Below, in pieces: positions 1-14,640 of a DNA stretch of 64,000 nt. Location of the stretch: NCBI GenBank assembly GCA_028023455.1, contig JAQFVV010000005.1:8308001-8372000 (forward strand), read 5' to 3'. Both the position numbers and the translations under genes were made by a program. The notes under the pieces were generated by a model. The model did no database searches, had not been told where the DNA came from, and was given only the letters and a program-made list of their open reading frames with translations. This stretch comes from Epiperipatus broadwayi. Its lineage: Eukaryota; Animalia; Onychophora. The stretch's first letter is position 1. Each line of letters starts with the position of its first letter.

Positions 1-205
1 TGCTTTCATTTTGGACTCAAAGCTTTATAGTTAGTTAATAAGGTAAAAGGTGGCTTCTGGAGGATTACATTCTGCAGTGCTCTCAGATCCAAGACACCTC
101 ACTGATGAAAGCCACAGCTAGAAACCAGTCTGGGGATATTGGATGAGTAGGCACCAGATGGGGATTTTTTGCGCAAACCTTCTTGCATCCACTACTATGT
201 AGAGA
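1..205 (+). mobile_element. Fragment of HHR-bearing 455-bp repeat (family A; Penelope pLTR/retrozyme-like)
   Basis: Colinear with 28930-29010 and 28548-28680 (cagtgctctcagatccaag...ctgatga...gaaac..gtctggggatattggatgagtaggcac.agatggg). Runs off the left edge of the window. Confidence 0.85.
89..142 (+). ncRNA. Type I hammerhead ribozyme, family A
   Basis: CTGATGA 102-108; stem II AGC/GCT with loop CACA; GAAAC 121-125; CA; GTC 128-130. Stem I CCTCA/TGGGG plus distal CCAA/TTGG. Confidence 0.75.
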
Positions 206-244
206 GTTTAGTCTCTGTGTAAACAATAATAATATTATGTGGAT

Positions 245-1025
245 ACAAAGAGATTAATATTGAGAAGAGTATAAAGTAGGCTGATTCCAAAACTTCACAA
301 CAGTTTTAAAAGAAATATTTTGTGGATCAAAATAGTAAGCTAAGTGAATAAATGAAGATTATTTAAGTCATTTAGATTTTGCAGATAATCTAATTGTTTC
401 TGCTCATAATGCTTCAGAGCTTCAGGAAATGTTGCAAGAGTTATCAGAAGTAAGAAAGCAAGACTAAAGAAAAGTGCTAAAATGACTAAAGTAATGTTTA
501 ATGGATTTTCTCAGAAAAAAAACCTAAATATTGATATTCATGAATTAAAAACAAATTATCAAACTACAAATATTTTTGTCAGTTCATTATTATAGATGAT
601 AACATAAATAGATAATGCTTTTGATGGGAATAATATTTAAAGGAAAATGTCCATTTGTTTGAAAAGAGAAGTATTTGGCAGATGTGTTTTACCAGTTCTA
701 ATACACAGATTTGAAACTTAGACCCTTAAGAGAAGAGCAAGACACTCAAAAAAATACAGATAGAGATATTAGGAATAAAAAGAAATTGAAAGTGAAATAT
801 ATAGGTAAGAGAATAGGTATCACAAACATTGCTTTCTAGAAGAAATGGTAGTATATATTTGAAATTTTAAACTGGATCCCAAAAGACTTTAAAAGACCTA
901 AAAAGAGTCAACATGTGAGATGGATGGATGAAATTTGGTGGTATGTTGTGAAAGAGGTTAAGAATCAGAGAAACTGGATTAAACCTGGAGAGGCCTTCAT
1001 CCTGCAGTTTATCAATAATGTTTTG
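245..1025 (+). mobile_element. Decayed 3' fragment of the RTE LINE
   Basis: Aligns to about 17745-18660 of the intact copy (agtcatttagattttgcagat; gagaggccttcatcctgcagt). Many stops and frameshifts. Confidence 0.9.
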
Positions 1026-4000
1026 AAATAAGGATGAAAGTTTCTTAATAATTATGTATTATAATAGCTACTAAAAGATATTAGCTATTATGTAATATAT
1101 AAGAATCTCTTCATGTTAAACTAAAGAAACTTCTGTGCTATGTAACATATACATGTTATAATTTATGTATCATTGACATTGTAATTTAATAACTGTTTAT
1201 AGAATGATTGCATTAATATTTATGTGAACAAATATATATCATGTTCAGCAAGGTGTAATACCATGATAGAGTCACTGGTGAACCTGGAGTTTTAATAAAT
1301 ATAGATTGTGGCTCTGCTCTATCCCTTCTAGAGTTTGAACTTAGGAACTCAGAACTTTTTTTTTCATGTATATTATAGCACAGAAATGAAGATTAAATAA
1401 ATAATTACCAAAGTTCAATTTTATGTACTTTGTTGTTGTAACAATACTATTTAGTAAATCAACTATATCTAAGACAAACAGTAAAATATTAAATACTCAT
1501 TGCCAAAGAAAAAAAAGTTATGAAAAATCAATAGAGGAGTTTTGCCACACTATAAATATATAATCAGTAATGAAAACTGTCAGTATTTGCAGAGAATCTA
1601 TATCAGTAGAAGCTGCTCATGTTAAAAATAAAAGCCCAACTAAAATATATAAAAAAAACCAAATTATGGTTTTTAGTTTATTTCTCAGAAATCATGATAG
1701 GATAGAATTTTACACAACATTTAAACAATATCTCTAGTGCAGTTGTAAAGTTGCAGGTTCTACAGTTCAATGTTGATTAAACATGGCTCCAACCCAGTCA
1801 CTTCAGGTGCTTCAATTTCTTATGAACAAACGAGCAATAAACAACTTAATTACTTTTATTCTTTAAATTAAATCATTCCTCAAGATTAAAAAAATACTCA
1901 GCATTCAGATGTTCATGGATGATATCAATCTCTCATGTATTTTTCAAAAATAGTTCACAGGGCTCAATAATATTAAAGTAAGGTGGTTTCAGGAAGCCAA
2001 ATGTCAGTTTCATGTTCTTAATAATAATATTTAATTCTATAGAATGATAAGAGTTGAGTAGAAACAATGTTTGTGTAAAAGTCTGGTTCTCCAAAATATT
2101 CTGCTAGTTTGCAAGTTATTGGATAAACAAAGTACACCTTCAAATGGCCAGTCAATTCATTAAATTCTGTGACTATTTTTAATGAGAAATAAGACTAACT
2201 GATAGGTTTCTTTGATAATTTCCAGTGGGAAATATTGACAATGATTTCTTTGACTATTTTCTGGTTTAGCTTCATTATTCATTGGCTAATTCTTAATTAC
2301 TTGACATCAGTACTTGTATTCTGAAGCTGTAAATGCTAGCTTAGCTATAATTGTTCAATGTGGGAAACTTAGGACAAAATGCTTTAGCAGATATTCGAAT
2401 ATTCTTATGTGAACTAGCCTTTCTAATGATTTGTTTCATTGTGGTTTTTGAAATTCTTCACAATGAACATCAGGTCATCTTTTAAGTATTGATTCCTGAT
2501 TTCAGTGATTTTAAAAAAATTGTTCTCCTATTTTTAATGAATGAAATCATCATCCTTAAGATTGGGGATTTTGAAACATCAAACACCTCTTGATTTGCAT
2601 ACTAAGATTACAATCAATCTTGCATCAACAATTTGACCTCCTTTAGACTCAGATAGCAAACATATTAATGAAAAGCTGATCACAAAAGTCTAGCCAGCAG
2701 TGTACTTATTCTTCATTGATTTTATACAGTTCTTTGATTGTTGCTTCTAGAATTAGAACACAGATGTCATTCGTGATAACTCATTTAGTTTTTAAGATCA
2801 ATATGCGAAAAATGCTTTCAGTTTTAGCCTTAAGCTAAAGTTACTAAATTATATAATGACTGGCCTAAAGCAAATATAGATAAGATTGAGGCTGATTCGT
2901 TTGCATTCAAAATCTTCATTAAAATTTTAACATATGGCTACTGAGAAAAGAAGAGTAAAAATGTTGCCTCTTATTAGAAAAAAGTGAATTAACTAAAAAC
3001 CTGTCATTGTCTCCTGGATAACACTGCCAGAGCAGTCACTGATTTACTTACTGTTTACAACAAAATAAAAGTGTTTCAAAGAATACAATTTATAAAAGGA
3101 ATGAATTAATAAAAATAAAATTTTAATCGATTATGTAGAGGGGACAGTAAGCACACTGAGCTAGAAAAGTGATATAATATGCAAATTATTAGTTAAAGAA
3201 TTTATTCCTATGCAATTTTAAAAAATATGAGATAATATATTGCAAACATATTATTATGACAGGTCAACAAAGAGAACAAACGAGTAGTTATAAAAAAACT
3301 AAATTTTGGGAAAAAAACAAAAAATATTTTAAAAATTAAAAAAATGCTTTTATTCATATAAATACATTTAAAAAAAATTTTTTTTCTCGAGCTTTCACAG
3401 TACCTTTTATCTGATGTTAAAAAATAAAAGCATAGGGAAAGAGGATACTAATGTTTAAAAATAGATTAAGAATATTTCTAAATATGAATGTTCCACGCTT
3501 TTATTTTTGATCATATAATGTCAAGAATACTGTGAAAGCTGAAGAAAATATACTTTTTTAATTTTTAGGGCATTTCTGTGAATAAATGCATTCTTTAAAA
3601 ATATATAGATATATTTTCTACTTTTCAGTTTTTCTTGTCACCTTGATTTCCATGAGTATAATATAGTAAATAAATTCATATTTTAATAATTTCATTATTA
3701 ATCATAATAATAAATCGTGCTTTCACACTTCCAACGTAAATTGAAAATTAAATTTAATGGCTAAGCGCTTTCAAGAAGATGTACTTCTCATATTCATAAT
3801 GTAATTAGTAATATGAAAGATTGAGCTTTCTCAGTAAGCTGAAAATTACCACTTACATTTATTTAATTATATTTTTAAAATATTAAACAAAATTGCATAC
3901 ATTTTCAATGAATCATTCAGTTTTAAATTACAAGAGTTGCTAACATCACTGTTACATATAAAAATTGAAATATTTTGATCATTTTTTACAGAAATTGTTT

Positions 4001-4233
4001 GCAAATTAAAAAAAAAAAGGAATCATCATCAGAAATACATATGACTGCAAAATGTCTATTACATTGGAAGTTGAGATATGGGTAAAAGTTAAGTATAAAT
4101 AAGATTTTATCCAAATTGATACTAAAAAATGGGGGAATAAGTTAAATAAGTATGTATAAATATGTAATAACATTAGAGTGTATTGTTAATTCATAAAATA
4201 ACAGAAGCTTTAGATACAAGGAAAGGGAATCAA

Positions 4234-4410
4234 CATGGAATAAGAATTTGATCTAAAATTTGTATACGTTAAGAGTGATGATGAACGTTTATTTTGGAAT
4301 GTAAAATGCTGTATGAACTAAGGCATGGAATAAAAATTTGATTTAAAATTCGTGTATGTTAAGCTGATGAAAAGTTGATTTTGGAATGTAAGATGCTATA
4401 TGAACGAAGA
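4234..4410. repeat. ~90-bp tandem duplication
   Basis: catggaataa.aatttgat.taaaatt at 4234 and 4324; units ~80% identical by eye. Confidence 0.8.
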
Positions 4411-4939
4411 GATTGTTCTAGATAAGTTTATGACAAAAATGAATATAAGGATAGAGCATTGAAATTAAATATACATCTTTTGTTGAAAAAAAAATGTATC
4501 AATGCTAGATTAATTTAATGATTAGAAATTTAAAGGAAGAAAACGTGTTTTTTTTTTTTTGAGTGTGTATAGGGGAGATGGGGATATATAATGGTTTCAG
4601 AGTGAAAATAATTAATTTGGCTACATATTCTGGACAAGGGACCTACGTACATATTTCGTTTAAGAAGACATTTGATATAACAATACGTGACAATCTAAGG
4701 ACAATAGTTTCACTTAATTGATATTTTATTTTTTCCTACAATTGAGAATTCATACATAAATTTTTAACAGGAGTCTGCCATTGCGCATGACAGTGTAAAT
4801 TGACGCTGCGGATAATTTTTAAGATTAAAAATGGGGAGTTTTTAAATTTTAATAAATCATGTTGAAATCAAAAACATGTTTTAAAAAATAATTTTAAACA
4901 AGAAGAAAAATAAATATATCTAGCAAAATATAATAAATA

Positions 4940-5600
4940 GAATAATCAAATGATTTGTGTTTGGAGTTCATATAGTTCAAGCACCGGAAATGATAGCATT
5001 GAGCAATGATCCATGGACTATGAGTTTTAGAATCTGCGATTCTACCGTTGCACTGAAATATTAACATTATCAGAAATCAGTTACGTTCAAAGTTTGGGAA
5101 CAGAATCCATTTTGCTTGAGGGCTTAATATGTACAGTACATAAAACAAAACACCCCCCCCCCCGCTTATTTACTTCAAATAAAAAATTTGAATACATACA
5201 AAAATTGAAGTAATAATGTAGGTTTATTTTTAATTCTATATATCGTATTTCATTGTAACTAAATTAAATGTTACTGATTGTTTTTTTAACACAAACCAAA
5301 GAAATTTATATATATTTTTAAGGTATTAAAAAAAACAACCTACCAAGTAGTAAAATCTCATCGAAACCATAAGTTACTCTGATTTCATAATGTGAATGCA
5401 ACGGATATACTGGGATCATCTAAAATATTATACTGTAAATGCTTTCCAAAGTGATAATGTGGCGTCCCCTATTACTAAATGCTTTATTTATTCGGCATGG
5501 TTTAGTACTGCTGGAGGCCCGGACTGTAGAGCTCAACTCTGTCATTTCCGGTGCACGAACTTTATACGAACTTCTGAACAACAAATCATTCGATTATTTT
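4940..5600. repeat. Inverted pair of a dispersed repeat (aagttc.gcaccggaa.tgacag family)
   Basis: Motif on + at ~4945-5010 and on - at ~5530-5600. Further + copies at ~48810-48835 and ~49285-49335. Element class not determined. Confidence 0.55.
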
Positions 5601-6849
5601 TTAATGGCCTAAAGTCAGATAGAGTAACTAAGCAACAGAACTCTGACCAACAGTAACATGTGATCACGTACGATTCAATATTTATTTGATTAGAAATCCG
5701 TTTTTTTTTTTTTTAAATACAAAAATATAAGCATCAAATTGATCTAATTAGCTTTTCCAGTATTGTATTCTCAAATGAGCTACGTATGTAAATTATAAGA
5801 ATCTGAAAAAATGAATATAAACACACACGCACATAAAAAAAAACTTTACTGCCCGAAGATAGGCTGCGCTATTAGACAATACTGTGATCAAGCGATAACA
5901 TAGGATCATCATGATAATAATTTTCAATCGTTTGTCACACACTCTTAGTATAATTTATTCTAGAATTACATGGATAATTATTAAATAAATGAATTAAAAT
6001 GACTTCCAAATAAATATTTACTGCTTTCACTATTTAAAGACGGTAGCTTAATGTAATACGTTTGAGAGAGTTAAAAAAAAGTAAGAGTGTATGAGGATAA
6101 ACATATGTGAGTTTTAGATACAACAAATAAAAAATAATAACATTATAGAATTTCTGGTCCTAATGACAATGTGCAAAAAGATGCTGAGAAAACCTTTGAA
6201 AAAAAAAGATTATTAGTTTGAAGTGAGATTAGGTTGATAGTAAATTTTAATATGTTTTCTGTATTTAAAACTTAATAAAATATTTACTTATATTAAAAAA
6301 GGAGGGTGTATGAACTTGCTAGATGTTTACTGGAACAAAATTTACTATACTTAAGTGCGGTTACGTACACAATGGGGGAAGGGGATTAGTGGGGAAAACC
6401 GCCTTCCGAAAATTCGAAAAGTAAAATTATAATTACAGCATTTCAAAATTGCGCGCCTTTTCAATACGTATAAATTCCGATGTTGTGCATCTACGCGTTA
6501 TTGTTTCACGCACGCTAAACATTTTAACTCAGTTGAGTTGACAGCGACAGCATCATATAGTAGTGTTCATTTGTGTTAATGTGTTATTTATGGTAAGTTA
6601 TAAGTATTTAGAATTCTAAATCATTATAGTTATTTAGATGTAAAAACAAAAAAGTACAAAATATCAACACGTTACATTGAAAACTTTTACACACAAAAAG
6701 TATAATCTTTTATTATCACCTACTGATTACTGTTAAAGCTAATATGATTTTAATTGCATCTAAGTTTTTTTTTTTTTAACTGAATATTAATAGTGATATA
6801 TCAAGCATTACTAATTTATTTAAAAAAATTGCTTTAAGCATTTTCCAGA

Positions 6850-7700
6850 CATTCCCCCACATCCTAAATATACTCATGTAATTTTTCAAAACATATCCCC
6901 TTCAATTAAATTCACAATAGAACCAGAACAAGAACAAAAAGTGGCATTCTTACATGTTTTTGTAACAAGACTATCTCATGGCAAAATCAAACTACAGTTT
7001 ACAGAAAACCCATATTCAAGAAAATACATAGCTTATATATCCAATCACAACAGAAACACAAAAACATGTAGTTATATTATCACTATGGAATAGAGCAAAA
7101 GAAGATTGTTCAGAAACCAGCAATTTGACAAAAAAAAAAAAAAAAGATCTATATAGAACAAACTTTTATGAAAAATTTATCCATCGGTTATTAAGAAAAC
7201 CTTAAATAGACGACAACAACAACAAAAAAAAAAACTCAAAAGAAAAAAAACAATTATTGGTCCTGTAGTGTAACCATACATATAACATCAGAACAGCTTT
7301 CCAGATCCATACCACATTACAAGGAATTCTAACATCTACAAAGTCTAAACTTGAAATGTTGGAAAGAAAAAACTGCATCTATGAAATACCATGTGAATGT
7401 GTAAGAACATCTATTGGTGAGACCACTCATCCCATTGAAAAGTGCTTGCAAAAACACAAATTGGTGATAAGAGAAAACATGTTTCTAAGATAGCAGACAA
7501 GGTATGTACCACTGAACATATGTTCAATTGAGCAAATACAGAAATATTGGATAGAAAAGAACATTTAAAGAACCTGCTCACATGACAATGGCAAACAACC
7601 CCATAAATCAACCAAGTGTGACTATACATAAAATATGGAAACTATTAATCAACTTTGCTCTTAAGAAAAAGTGGAGAAATCAGAAGGAATCATATATATA
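6850..7700 (+). mobile_element. Decayed Penelope-like element (RT C-terminus + GIY-YIG endonuclease)
   Basis: Frameshifted translations: SIKFTIEPEQEQKVAFLHVFVTR...VYRKP (RT) and NCIYEIPCECVRTSIGETTHPIEKCLQKH...NTEILD...NPINQ (GIY-YIG). Confidence 0.85.
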
Positions 7701-7827
7701 TAACTATATGAAATTTCTACCAAGTGTTTTAGGGTGACTCAATTGATTGTTACCTTAAAATTTAATATTCAAGAATCTAAAAGTCCAGGTTCAATTCCCA
7801 TTCTAGTAGTCACTGGTCAGGTCAGCA

Positions 7828-7862
7828 ACATCTGAAGGGAGAATACTTTTTGAAATGTTGTG
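7828..7862 (+). ncRNA. Degenerate hammerhead in the pLTR region of the 6850-7700 PLE
   Basis: CTGAAGG 7832-7838; stem II GAGAA/TTTTT; GAAAT; GTT; stem I CAT/GTG. Two core mismatches. Lies ~150 nt 3' of the GIY-YIG remnant. Confidence 0.45.
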
Positions 7863-8199
7863 CATATACTAACCTGTGTGCTAATACTAACAGTTGAATG
7901 TATTTGAAATATTTAAATAAAGTTAAATTTTTCTAAAGACATTTATTACTTATATTAGATAATCTAAATAGTCCAATATATAAATACAACTAAAACACCA
8001 TCATCACAAACCTTCAGAAAACTATCTGCATCTAATGATTTACTTTCATGATACCTTAAGTGGTTTATATATATATCTTAAATATTTTTCCATTATCCAC
8101 TTGTATCAATCTAATTTGCTAATAATAAGTTTTCCAATATTACTACTGGTAGCTATTTATTTTTTAAAGTATTGCTTATCAAAATGCTTTCTCCAACTT

Positions 8200-10560
8200 T
8201 AAAATTTTCATAATTTACAGTCTTAAATTTTCATTTGTAGTTGACAATAATTTCGAGATGGATATGGAATTTCTGGCACATTAATAATTTGGCTATCTTA
8301 TTAGCAGCAATGCATGGAGTAAAGTACTGGAAAAACATTGTATCTAATAATGCTTCCATAATATCATTGTGCCAGGTTTTATTTAAAATAGATTTTGAGT
8401 GTTGAATGGCCCTATCTTAAAGACCATTAGTTTCAAGCTGATACAGCAGCATAAGTGACATATTCCCTTATCTGTTAGATAATCCTTAAATTGATGAAAT
8501 GCAAAACTAGTCTTGTTGTCCATTACAATAGTTTCAGGATCACTGTAATTTAAACAGATCTCTTCAACACTCTAATGCTATTCTCAGCATTAGAGTTTTT
8601 GACAATGTTATATTCCATCCACTGTAAATATGAGTCTACAATTACTAAAAATATATAACTATTCATTGGTCCAAATGTGTTTCCATGGATGAACTGATTT
8701 AAATTAAGACTCCAGCTTTTCTGGTGATAGATTAACAGTTCATTGGCACAGTATACATTTCTTCACCATTTGTTCCTTTTTGTTGGCTCAGCTTTGGCCA
8801 CCAGACATGACTTAGAAAACTTTCATGAAGATAACTCCTAGATAGCCTTGATGAAGTAAGATGAGCACATGCTTATATGTAAGTAGGTCTTTAGTTTTCT
8901 GAAAGACAAGCTTGTTCTTCAAACCAGCTTGAGCATTGTCACTTTTTTAATAATTTATATAATGGTGATAACCATGAAACTTTCCTTTAGAAAATTCCCA
9001 AAGGAGTTCAATAAGCCTAAAAATAGTTGCCATTTTTTTATATTCTTAGATTACTAAATGCTTTTTATTGCTTTTATTTTAGCTTCAATTTTATTCTTTT
9101 GATGTTTATATGGATTCCCAAAGAATGGAAGCAGTTTCTCACTAGTAACAGCTAAAATCTTTATTGATGATATGCAATGGTCAATTTTAACCTTAGAATT
9201 TAATTTCACAGGTACAGTTACTTTTCCACGCATATCTATCTAATTTCTATTTACATCTTTAGTGATGACATCAGTTTTCAAGAATGTCATTTTTTTCTTA
9301 CAACTATTATTAATTTTCATCCAATCTTTACATGATAATAATTACAAACTTATTTCCATGATGATTTTCTGTTCAAATATTTTCATGTCTATTATAATAT
9401 AGTCATTATTCACATTAATTTTTTTATATTTTTATTTCTTATTCTCCCTAATCCAGATTTATTGTCTGGTGTTATTTTCAGTTTAACATTCTCATCTTTA
9501 TTGTGGAGATAAAAGCTAATGTCTAGTTGTTTTTAGAAATATTGCATTTCTCCTTCTAAATCTGCAATTTCTTTTTAAGTGGTTATTTTTTCTTGTAGAA
9601 ATAATGCCATTTTTTGCACTCTTGCAATTAAGTCTATTAGTATCTGTTTTCTTTACTCCAATTGATTATTTATCCATTTGTTTAAAGATTAGAAAGTTTG
9701 AAGTTGTTATTTAATATAGTATTTAACATGATGCATTTTTCTTTTGCACATTTATAATTAAGGCTGGTTCACTTAATAATACTTTCCTAAAATTACTGTT
9801 CTTCATTCTGTATAATTGTTGAACCTATAAACTATTCAAGACCATAATTACAATCCATTGCTAATATTATATCATAATTCTGATATTTTTCATGAGGTAG
9901 TTACTTTCTATGCCTCAATCTCAATTGTGCCCCCATGTAGTTATTGCAGGTGTAAAATAAACATTTTAATTTTTTCTTTGACTCCCAATATAAAACTTCT
10001 TAGGGGTCCAGAAGTCACAGAGTTGATTTGCTCATTTCAATACATTTTCTCCCACAAACCACGTCTAGATAGTTTTATCATTCTCAATTTTATTTACGAG
10101 CATTTATTTTTCAATATGATCCACATAGCTCTTTCATGATGCAGCCTTATCCATATCAAATTCATAAATGTTGCAACTTAGCGACACCATTTTTGTTTTC
10201 TCAATCCCATAGAGATTATATTAACTGTCTATTCTATTTCTATACAGGCTCTAAGAACCATTAACTTGTATCATTCTGCAATATCCTGAAGATATAAATT
10301 TAATACCAATCCGAAAACATCTGTAACTTTTAAATAAATCTGAATACAACTTGATGGTTAACAAAATAAATTTATTTAATATCAATAACAAAATAGGAAA
10401 AGAATAAAGAGTAGAAAATAATTATAAATTTCCTTAGAAATCTCTAGACTATTAATAAACTTTTGTATCAATTTGTACACATGTTCAGCAGATAAATATA
10501 ATTTATTGTTGTGCATTTTAATTGAATATTCTTCATGCATCAATTTGAGTATGGCTACAA
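8200..10560 (-). mobile_element. Decayed, internally deleted Ty3/Gypsy LTR retrotransposon
   Basis: Minus-strand translations HVWWPKL..VKKCILCQ (integrase zinc finger), FLVIVDSY, PETIVMDNKTSFAFHQFKDYL, ETNGL*DRAIQ, LGLLNSFGNFL. PBS-like TGGTGTCG near 10180-10188. Candidate LTR ~10196-10559. Confidence 0.8.
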
Positions 10561-10899
10561 TATATATATATATATTGTACCGTTTATTTATATATGGTAC
10601 AAATATATTGGCATTTGGTAAAAGCTAAGAAAAAGTAAATTTAGCGATCTTATTAAAAAGACGCAATTAAATTTTTTTTTTAGTTTGTATAATTTATTTT
10701 TTTAAAACATACAATGAAAGTTAAATTTTTCGTCCATATTTTTTTTATCTAATTAAAAATAAAAGTAAAAATTGGAAAGAACAAAAGACACAAATTACTA
10801 ATCAGATAAGCTAAAAGAAAAATCTTTTTAGCTAATTAAAGATGACAGAATTATGCTAAAAAAATAAACTTTGTAACTGCAAAAAATATAAAAGAATGT

Positions 10900-11200
10900 A
10901 TAGGATTATCAACATGTATTTTTGACAAAAACAAAAGGTATGCGCAGAAGTCTGAAACCTGGACCTCGAGTATAAAAAGAAAGAGACCAGTTTGATCAGT
11001 GTCTTGTCTGTTTTTCCTATAGTTGAGCCTAGATAATAAAAATATATCCAGGACCACTCTATGCTGAAATAATCTTGCATGTTGGAGTGGATCGAGGCTT
11101 TTGCTGACATCATTCCTGAAGACAGACACCAGAAAAGCTTTCATGACTAATCATTGGGATAGACCAAGATCAACTTATAACCGATGGCTGAGCTCATTCT
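10900..11200 (+). mobile_element. Decayed 3' end of an RTE-like LINE (different family)
   Basis: tctgaaacctggacc = SETWT and gatagaccaagatcaacttat = DRPRSTY (GRP-type C-terminal motif). Confidence 0.5.
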
Positions 11201-14200
11201 CCCACAAAAAAAACTATGCATAGTAATCTACAATCTTCGTGAACTCACTAAAATTACCGGTAAGTTAAGATTAACTATTCCCGATTGTGACTAAATTGTC
11301 AGCAAACCATTCTTGAAAATAATCTTGTAATAGAATCCTGATAGAGACATTAAATTTATTATTCAAGAAACTTTTGTTTAACTAAGAAATATAAGTGGAA
11401 TATAAACTGTTTGATTAATTAAATTATATCTGAATTAGTATGTGTGTTTTCCAATTAATTAGTAATTTCCCTTTAAACATTTTAATTTGTTAGAATAAAA
11501 ATATTTATTTCTAATACCAACTTTTCTTTGTATGTTATTGATTATTATTATTAAATTTATTATTAGTTTATTAAGATTTGAAAGTATAATTTACCTTTGC
11601 CAATATTCATTGACTAAGCTCCAGGAATAATATCTAGAAAATAACTATAGTTACGGTAAAATATGACCCAATTTTCTATTAAAACCATTTTCTTTTTTAT
11701 TTATGATGAGCGATGCAACGGATTTCAGCAGATTCTTGTATGAATCCTGGTGCCCTTATTAAAATAATAAAAAGCTGATTCCGCCATTAGCATAAATCAA
11801 AATAATTAGTAGGCCAGTTAATCAGGAAATATAGTTATGTTTTATAGAAATATGAACGAAATATTTATATTTTTTTGTATTCGTAACTTGATTAACTTTC
11901 ACTATATTTACAGTGAGTAAAAGAAGGCCTACCAGATCTATCAAAACATGGAAAATGTTACAATATATATATATATAATGTACCGCTAGTGAATAGTACT
12001 ACATGTTTCGTAATTTTTTTTAAGAAAATGTAATTAGTTTTAAGGTTGTTTTAAAATGAAATTTAAAAAAAAAAAAGAAAAATACTGCAGTATCATTTGT
12101 TATAAAATACTCGGATGAAACCAGTAGAGTTTTAAGAAATAGAAATATAATTTAGAAATCTTTAAGAAAAAGAAATATAAGTTAGAAAGTGTTTAAAGAT
12201 GTTTTTTTAAGAAACGCAAATCGGCAAAAGACAAAGCGTTGCGTCATCTTGTCATTTATAAAAAAAAAAAAAGAGTTTTAATAGTTAAGGAACGAATAAG
12301 AAAAAGTGGGGCGGGGGAGAATTAATTAAGTAAAAAGTTAAAACTATAGTTTTCTTTTTTCATAAACTTAAAGAAAAAAAATGTGTGTAAAAATGAAAAT
12401 TGAGTTAAACTATAAAAGGAAAGCGTATATATTTAAAAATCCACTTAAAGATAAATTGCATTAAATGAAAACAATGGAAAATAATTCAAGATGGTATCTA
12501 CTAGATTACTCTACACAGAAATGCAGATTAAAAAAATAATAGGAATGCAATTAATAAAATTTGTAAATTAATTAAACTAGATCAGAGTGATAACTAGAGA
12601 CAATCAAGAGGAATCATATAAAGGGACTGAAAAATCTATTCATTACATTTTCAGTCATTTTTTAATGTTTGCAGTTCCAGCAACATTCATAATAATCACT
12701 AAGATTATACTCATACTACTACCATGGAAGAGTTTCCAGAGAAGATGGGGAAAGGTACCAATATCCCTAGCATGTGTGGTGTCTTCACATGAAGTGCTAG
12801 ACAATCACTGGAGTATGTGGCCTATCTTCAGTCCTGGTCTTCCAGAACATCAGAAGCCCTCATATAGAATTCATGCCCACTTAATAATCTGAACAGTCAA
12901 GGAATATTTATCTCAGTGAACATGGGAAGTCAGTCAGGATCCAAAACCATTAGTGGAGTCCAAATCCAACCAGTTGATCAATATAACAGAAGAAAATGAT
13001 GAATCATATCTTTAGAAGCATAAAGTGCAAAATCCTAGGTAACTATGAACTTCTTTACTCCCATTCATAAACTGATTGTGTTGAATAAAAAACATTGTTG
13101 AACTTTGATAGCCATAGCAATCTTTAAGCATCTCCTACAAGTCATTATATAGAATGAACCCTAACATGTGCATGTGTATTTAATTTTTTCACAATGTATT
13201 TTAATATTTGCAAAGCTTTCCATTGAGTAATGAATTTATATTTCAATGTGTGTGTGCATACTTAGGTTTAAATGGTTTATAGTGTTCTTGATTATCATAT
13301 ATTTAACAATAAGTGTGTTTAAATAAACTTATAATGTTCTTTTATTATACAGTAATATTTTATTACCATGTTTTTGACTAGAAGTGTTTTAAATAAATCG
13401 TTTGTTTGCTAATTATTGTTTTGTCAGTTCTCTTTGATAATTATGCCACTAATAGATAGTCTATAATTAAAAGTAAGCATTAAGCAATACATTATAATTT
13501 ATCTTCCCTATACTCAAATAAAGAGCTAGCTAGGGATTGATCAAGTGCTAAATTGTATACCTGTTGTCTAGGCATGCTAATTATAACTTATGATTAGCTG
13601 GCGCTTGAGGTTTTACCTTGAAACAAATAAAAATGCTTTGGATGTTAGGGGTTTAAATTTAGCAGCCGAAAAGTTCTATAGCTTGGAAATGTGGCCACAG
13701 GTTATATTTTGTATAGCCTTGGTCTGGTTATAGGTGCCATTGGTCTTATCCACCTTCTGTATTTGACTTCTTCGCTTGTAGGGCCAGTTTGCTGCAACAG
13801 TGAAAGTGCAGCTGGAGTAGATCAAGATTTTTTTTAAAAATTTAAATAATCAGAGCGATTTGCTCCCACTCAGTTCAATATATATAGAGAACAACAATCA
13901 ATTATAAATGATATCACCCTTATGCAGATAATCAGCTACTATTGTAATATGTGAATCATAACTTTATTAGGCTTCCTTATAGTTTATTTAATACACATAT
14001 AAATCCTAACAGGATTTTTTATTATATGAGTCCATTTATGTGTAAATACTCTTCATATGCATAATGTGCATTTAAATGTATGATTAGCACATGCAGATTT
14101 TTTCGAGTAGTCCAAAAATAAAGATAATTTATTCATGTACTGTCTGCATGCATTTACATAATAAAATAATAATCTTTATTTTTATTCAAATGTATATATT

Positions 14201-14587
14201 ATACACACAGACAGTTCAAATTGAAACAATTTTTTTTTAAATAATAAAATAGTTTATTTCTCTAAAATTTTGATATAAGTAATCTTTATTCTCTTTTAAT
14301 AATAATAATACTATATTTTATTTTATGCATTAAAAACGTTCTTAATTACAATTCGATAAAATACTTTTTTCTTTAGTTTGAATATAAAAAACACTCTTCT
14401 GGAAAGATTATACATTTAATAAAATATTATTTCTAAGCATTGCTTTTGACCAGGTCAGTCATATTTATAGAACTACTATAAGTTTATATAAATAGAATGT
14501 ATATATTAATAATTTATATATACCATTTATGTGATAATGCAATGCACGTCTTTTTTCTTTATTGCGTTGATGTTATTTGCAATAAAC

Positions 14588-14640
14588 GGTAGTTTTCTAT
14601 TCTACCATGTCAGCCACTTGATGGTGCTATTTATATACAA
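14588..14640 (+). mobile_element. Left terminus of a GG-TIR DNA element related to 40537-42384
   Basis: ggtagttttctattctaccatgtcagccacttgatggtgctattt versus ggttgttttctattccctggtgtcagccacatgacagcgctattt at 40537. No partner end found. Confidence 0.6.

Noticed and set aside
6355-6600. CpG-rich stretch ending in a GTAAGT donor
   Set aside because: Cannot distinguish a TE terminus from a UTR exon.
11230-12330. CpG-enriched region with a GC box (12308) and donor-like sites (11260 +, 11594 -)
   Set aside because: Could be a promoter, but no linked coding exon was found; short motifs are insufficient.
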